DNA of 63,650 nucleotides, the filler included, from Phoronis australis (Eukaryota > Animalia > Phoronida), in NCBI GenBank assembly GCA_002633005.1. It is 4 parts of 4 records of this genome, joined end to end, with 100 filler letters (N's around TTAATTAATTAA, not from the genome) between each part and the next. Parts side by side here need not be neighbours in the genome. Positions count along the whole stretch, not along the records: positions 36,586 to 60,998 come from NMRA01001252.1; positions 61,099 to 63,650 come from NMRA01003615.1; 2 more parts are not named here. One strand, written 5' to 3'. Below the pieces are notes generated by a model, which worked only from the letters and a program-made list of their open reading frames with translations, was not told the origin of the DNA and made no database searches. Made by a program: the position numbers and the translations under genes. Of this stretch, positions 60,233 through 63,650 are shown piece after piece; the first letter of the stretch is position 1; every line of letters starts with the position of its first letter.

Positions 60233-60998
60233 CTGAAAAGAAATGAATAAAGTGGACTATAGAAGCAGGGCTCGACATAACGAGCTGCAGGTCGCATTTG
60301 TGACTAGGCAATGACCATCGCCTCTGTTGGCCCGAACTAGAGGCGATGCAGAGGCTATAGGGGCTCTGTATGCCGGAAGCTTTTCGGCGAATTATGCCTC
60401 GAACCGACTGAACCATCAAAGTCACGTTGTTATTAATATATTTTGCGCATAGAGGAACACCTGAGGAGGTTGTCGATGTGTTTAATTCCTTCCAACTCGA
60501 ACAAATACTCCCGTCATGAAACTTTTCCTTCGAGCAGTCGCTATTTCAGTTCCCAAAATCGTGAACTCACCATTTTTATACTGCGCACGCTCCAATTTTT
60601 ACCGCGCTCGCTAGGTGATTTGACTTCATGACCTAAATTTTTAAATAGGCCAAAGGTGAGCCATTGCGGTCTTGTCAGTCAAATGTTCGTTTCCAAAATG
60701 CCACCACTTATACTTGTCTTTAATTGGCGTTACTTGAAACTGATTGTATTTCAATGAATTATTGTTTGTATTTGATAAAAATAAATGCTGTTGATCTGAC
60801 ATTTAATAGTCTTTGTGCACATATTTGACATTTTAATGTTTAACAACACGGCAAATGCACGGCTGGTTCCCGGCAGCACGTACGCGAAGGGTGGCAGTGG
60901 CGGATCTAGGATATCACAAGGGGGGGGCCAACATTTTGTCCGGCTGTAAGCATTTGCGCAAACTGAACCACGACTGTAGATGCGCATAGCACCGAATG

Positions 60999-61098
60999 NN
61001 NNNNNNNNNNNNNNNNNNNNNNNNNNNNNNNNNNNNNNNNNNTTAATTAATTAANNNNNNNNNNNNNNNNNNNNNNNNNNNNNNNNNNNNNNNNNNNN
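60999..61098. other. Artificial scaffold spacer
   Basis: Same 44N/12-mer/44N structure. Confidence 0.92.
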
Positions 61099-63650
61099 TA
61101 TCATCAGCATAGAGTATGCAGTCAAAGAAACTTGTGCACTTCACAAAATCATTCATATAAATGATGAATAATAAGGGCAAACGTTTTTAGAAGTATAATA
61201 CGTGTGACAGCAGAGGAAGTTCACGAAATCGGTCGGGATAATGTGAATACATGGATGAAATAAAATTGTGGCGCCCATTCAATAATGCTACATCATGCAA
61301 ATCTAACGATTAGAAAGAAAGCTTATAGCCTTTTGGCCAAGTACTGTAATCAGTTTGACAATACAAACTGTGTTAGAAATCGTCAAGAGGGAAGCTCAAA
61401 AACTCTGTACAAAGACTCGAAAATGCTTCTGGCGGACTTTGTGTTTTCTTCATTTAAGGAAAAAATATGGGCGGGAACTCTAAATCGAAACGCTGGAAGT
61501 GTCCTGCTGACATTATGATATCAAGCCTGATCTTTTCTAGCAACATTACACAGAGCAGTAACTGCTCTTGCAGTGACTTCCATTGACTGACCAAAACATT
61601 GATGAGTTGAGCCAATGGATCCCTCGTCCACTCTGCTAATGATAACCCGACACGATATTGTTTTCTGAATTTCAGTACTGCACCGGAAGTGAATGTCCCC
61701 CTGAGTGCAAAACGTACATGGAGAACGTCCTCGGAAAAATGCCTTGCAGACAAAATCCTGCTAAAGAAGTGATCGCAGCACTGTTTAAAAACAACAGCTT
61801 TCTCAAGACCGCCGACAAAGTATGGGATGCCTGCAAACTTAGATAGTTGGCGTGACAATTGAACAGTGCCCAACAGAAGCGAATAGATGTAATCTGCTAT
61901 GATGATTATTAAATACGTAGTANNNNNNNNNNNNNNNNNNNNNNNNNNNNNNNTGCCCCCCCCCCCCCTTTCGCCATCAGTTTTGCAACCCTCTCCGTCG
62001 TCATACATGTATGCCACACCTGGTTTAACCCCTCTCCCAGAAAATTCTAGAGATGGATGTAATTAAACAACATTCGACGTAAAAGGCTCAACTTTGACGA
62101 TAACTTGTGGGGAAGTCGAGGCGCGAGTTCTGGTTCAGTAGTCAGTGGTATCTTATACAGGAGTAATCCGAGGACATTAAACGCCTCGATAACTGCATTC
62201 TATCCTAGGCCATTGTAAGTTGAGTCTCAACCCAACCGAGTTCAGAGAGCGTTCAGGCGAAGCCTGGCCTCACTCCGGTTAATGATCACCCAAAGTCTGA
62301 CTGCGTTCAACGTGGAGTTATTGGGGACGAATAAAACAACAACAATAATATATATTTTAGATTGTATTTGGAATTTCAGGGTCACAGCTCTACAACTGAA
62401 TATTTCACAGAGATAACACACACATTTACGATACCCAATGTGTAATTGAGTATCGGATACTAAGTGGCACAGGTTAGCATAGCACCAAATGGGTACATAA
62501 TACCAAATGGGTAGGTCTATTGGCCGATCTTTGCCTACCAAGTCGGTCGAGCAAAACGGCAAATTCAATAACAAGTACCCAATGTGTACAACTGCCAAAT
62601 GGGCAAATATCATATAATAAAGTACCAAGTTGGTACATCAAACCGTCAACTGGGCTATAACAACCTGCAAAGCAGGTTCCGGACAAGCTGAGTGAGCAGA
62701 CCTGCTGGAGTGATAAAAAAGATATTGTAAGGAACGTGGTGTTGTGGCTCAGTATGTGCTGAGAGGTGCGACCGGGGTGGAGAGAGGCAAGCTGCAGTGA
62801 TGGACGGTCGAGTACACAGGTTTGGTCGCTAGTCAAGGACGTCTTTTCGTGTTTGACGGTAACACGCTCCGGGCTTGAAGGAGCCGGTACCAGCAGTGGC
62901 TGCAATAACAACAATAACCAACAGCAGATTTGTTCGACAAAAGGTAGGGAGGGTGGGAAAGACATAAATCAGTTGAATTGAGATTTAATTCATTGTGGAA
63001 CCCATGGTAGGGAGGGTGGGCAAGGTATCAAATGGTCTAATTGGGAAAACTTATGAGTGAATGTACTGTTGCTTGAGGCTGGGCCCACAGGAAGCTGGAG
63101 AGAAAGAACAAACAGCGCTACCATCGGATTTGATAGGAACTAACAAGGAGTTGGATATGAAAGATGAAGGGCTGTAGAATGTTATTTGCCCAAGTAATAG
63201 GATTTATGTAACAGTGCCATAAATCTCATTATTGGGGACAAATAAAACAACAACAATGATGCATATTTTAGGTTGTATTGGGAATTTCAGGGTCACAGAC
63301 CTACAAATGAATATTTCACAGAAGGAACCAGATGGGTTCCTTAATTACAAGAGATAACGCACCCATTTACGATACCTAATGTGTAATTGGGTATCGGGTA
63401 CTAAGTGGCACAGGTGTTATTTTCGAACAGCACGGTACACATACACCACGTAGCTGGCATGGATGTTGATTGCGCTAAAAGAAACAGTCAGCGACTGGCT
63501 GTTTGCCGCGTATTACGAGGTGTCTAGGAAAACATCCTCTCTTTTTTCTTTGAATACGAAGAAACCACGAAACACAAAGGAAATATTAATTGTTACTGAC
63601 AAGGAAAACTTGTCTGATTTTGTTATTTGCGTGACGTTAAAAACTCGTAT

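Overview
Eukaryotic, AT-rich, repeat-dense genomic DNA from an invertebrate animal (spliceosomal GT-AG introns; no prokaryotic operons or CRISPR). Three identical 100-bp spacers (44 N + TTAATTAATTAA + 44 N) split the window into four segments whose adjacency may be artificial: 1-6214, 6315-36485, 36586-60998 and 61099-63650. I reconstructed three multi-exon genes by hand. ANKRD42 (+) has 11 coding exons, with the first exon unresolved. Mitochondrial methionyl-tRNA synthetase MARS2 (-) has 10 exons, lacks its 5' exons and converges on ANKRD42. A 5'-incomplete gene (-) encodes at least two tandem CTHRC1-like C-terminal domains built from a repeated three-exon module. The remainder is mobile DNA: non-autonomous Kolobok-like elements with a THAP relic, an AcademX-like relic, a CR1/L2-type LINE fragment, a Helentron/HINE end, MITEs, tRNA-derived SINE heads and minisatellites. 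The most unusual observations are the tandem CTHRC1-domain gene, Kolobok derivatives made of two 5' ends, tandem amplification of both splice sites of one MARS2 intron, and a possible shared bidirectional poly(A) site. I found no clearly new multi-gene system. All family assignments rest on motif recall, not database searches.
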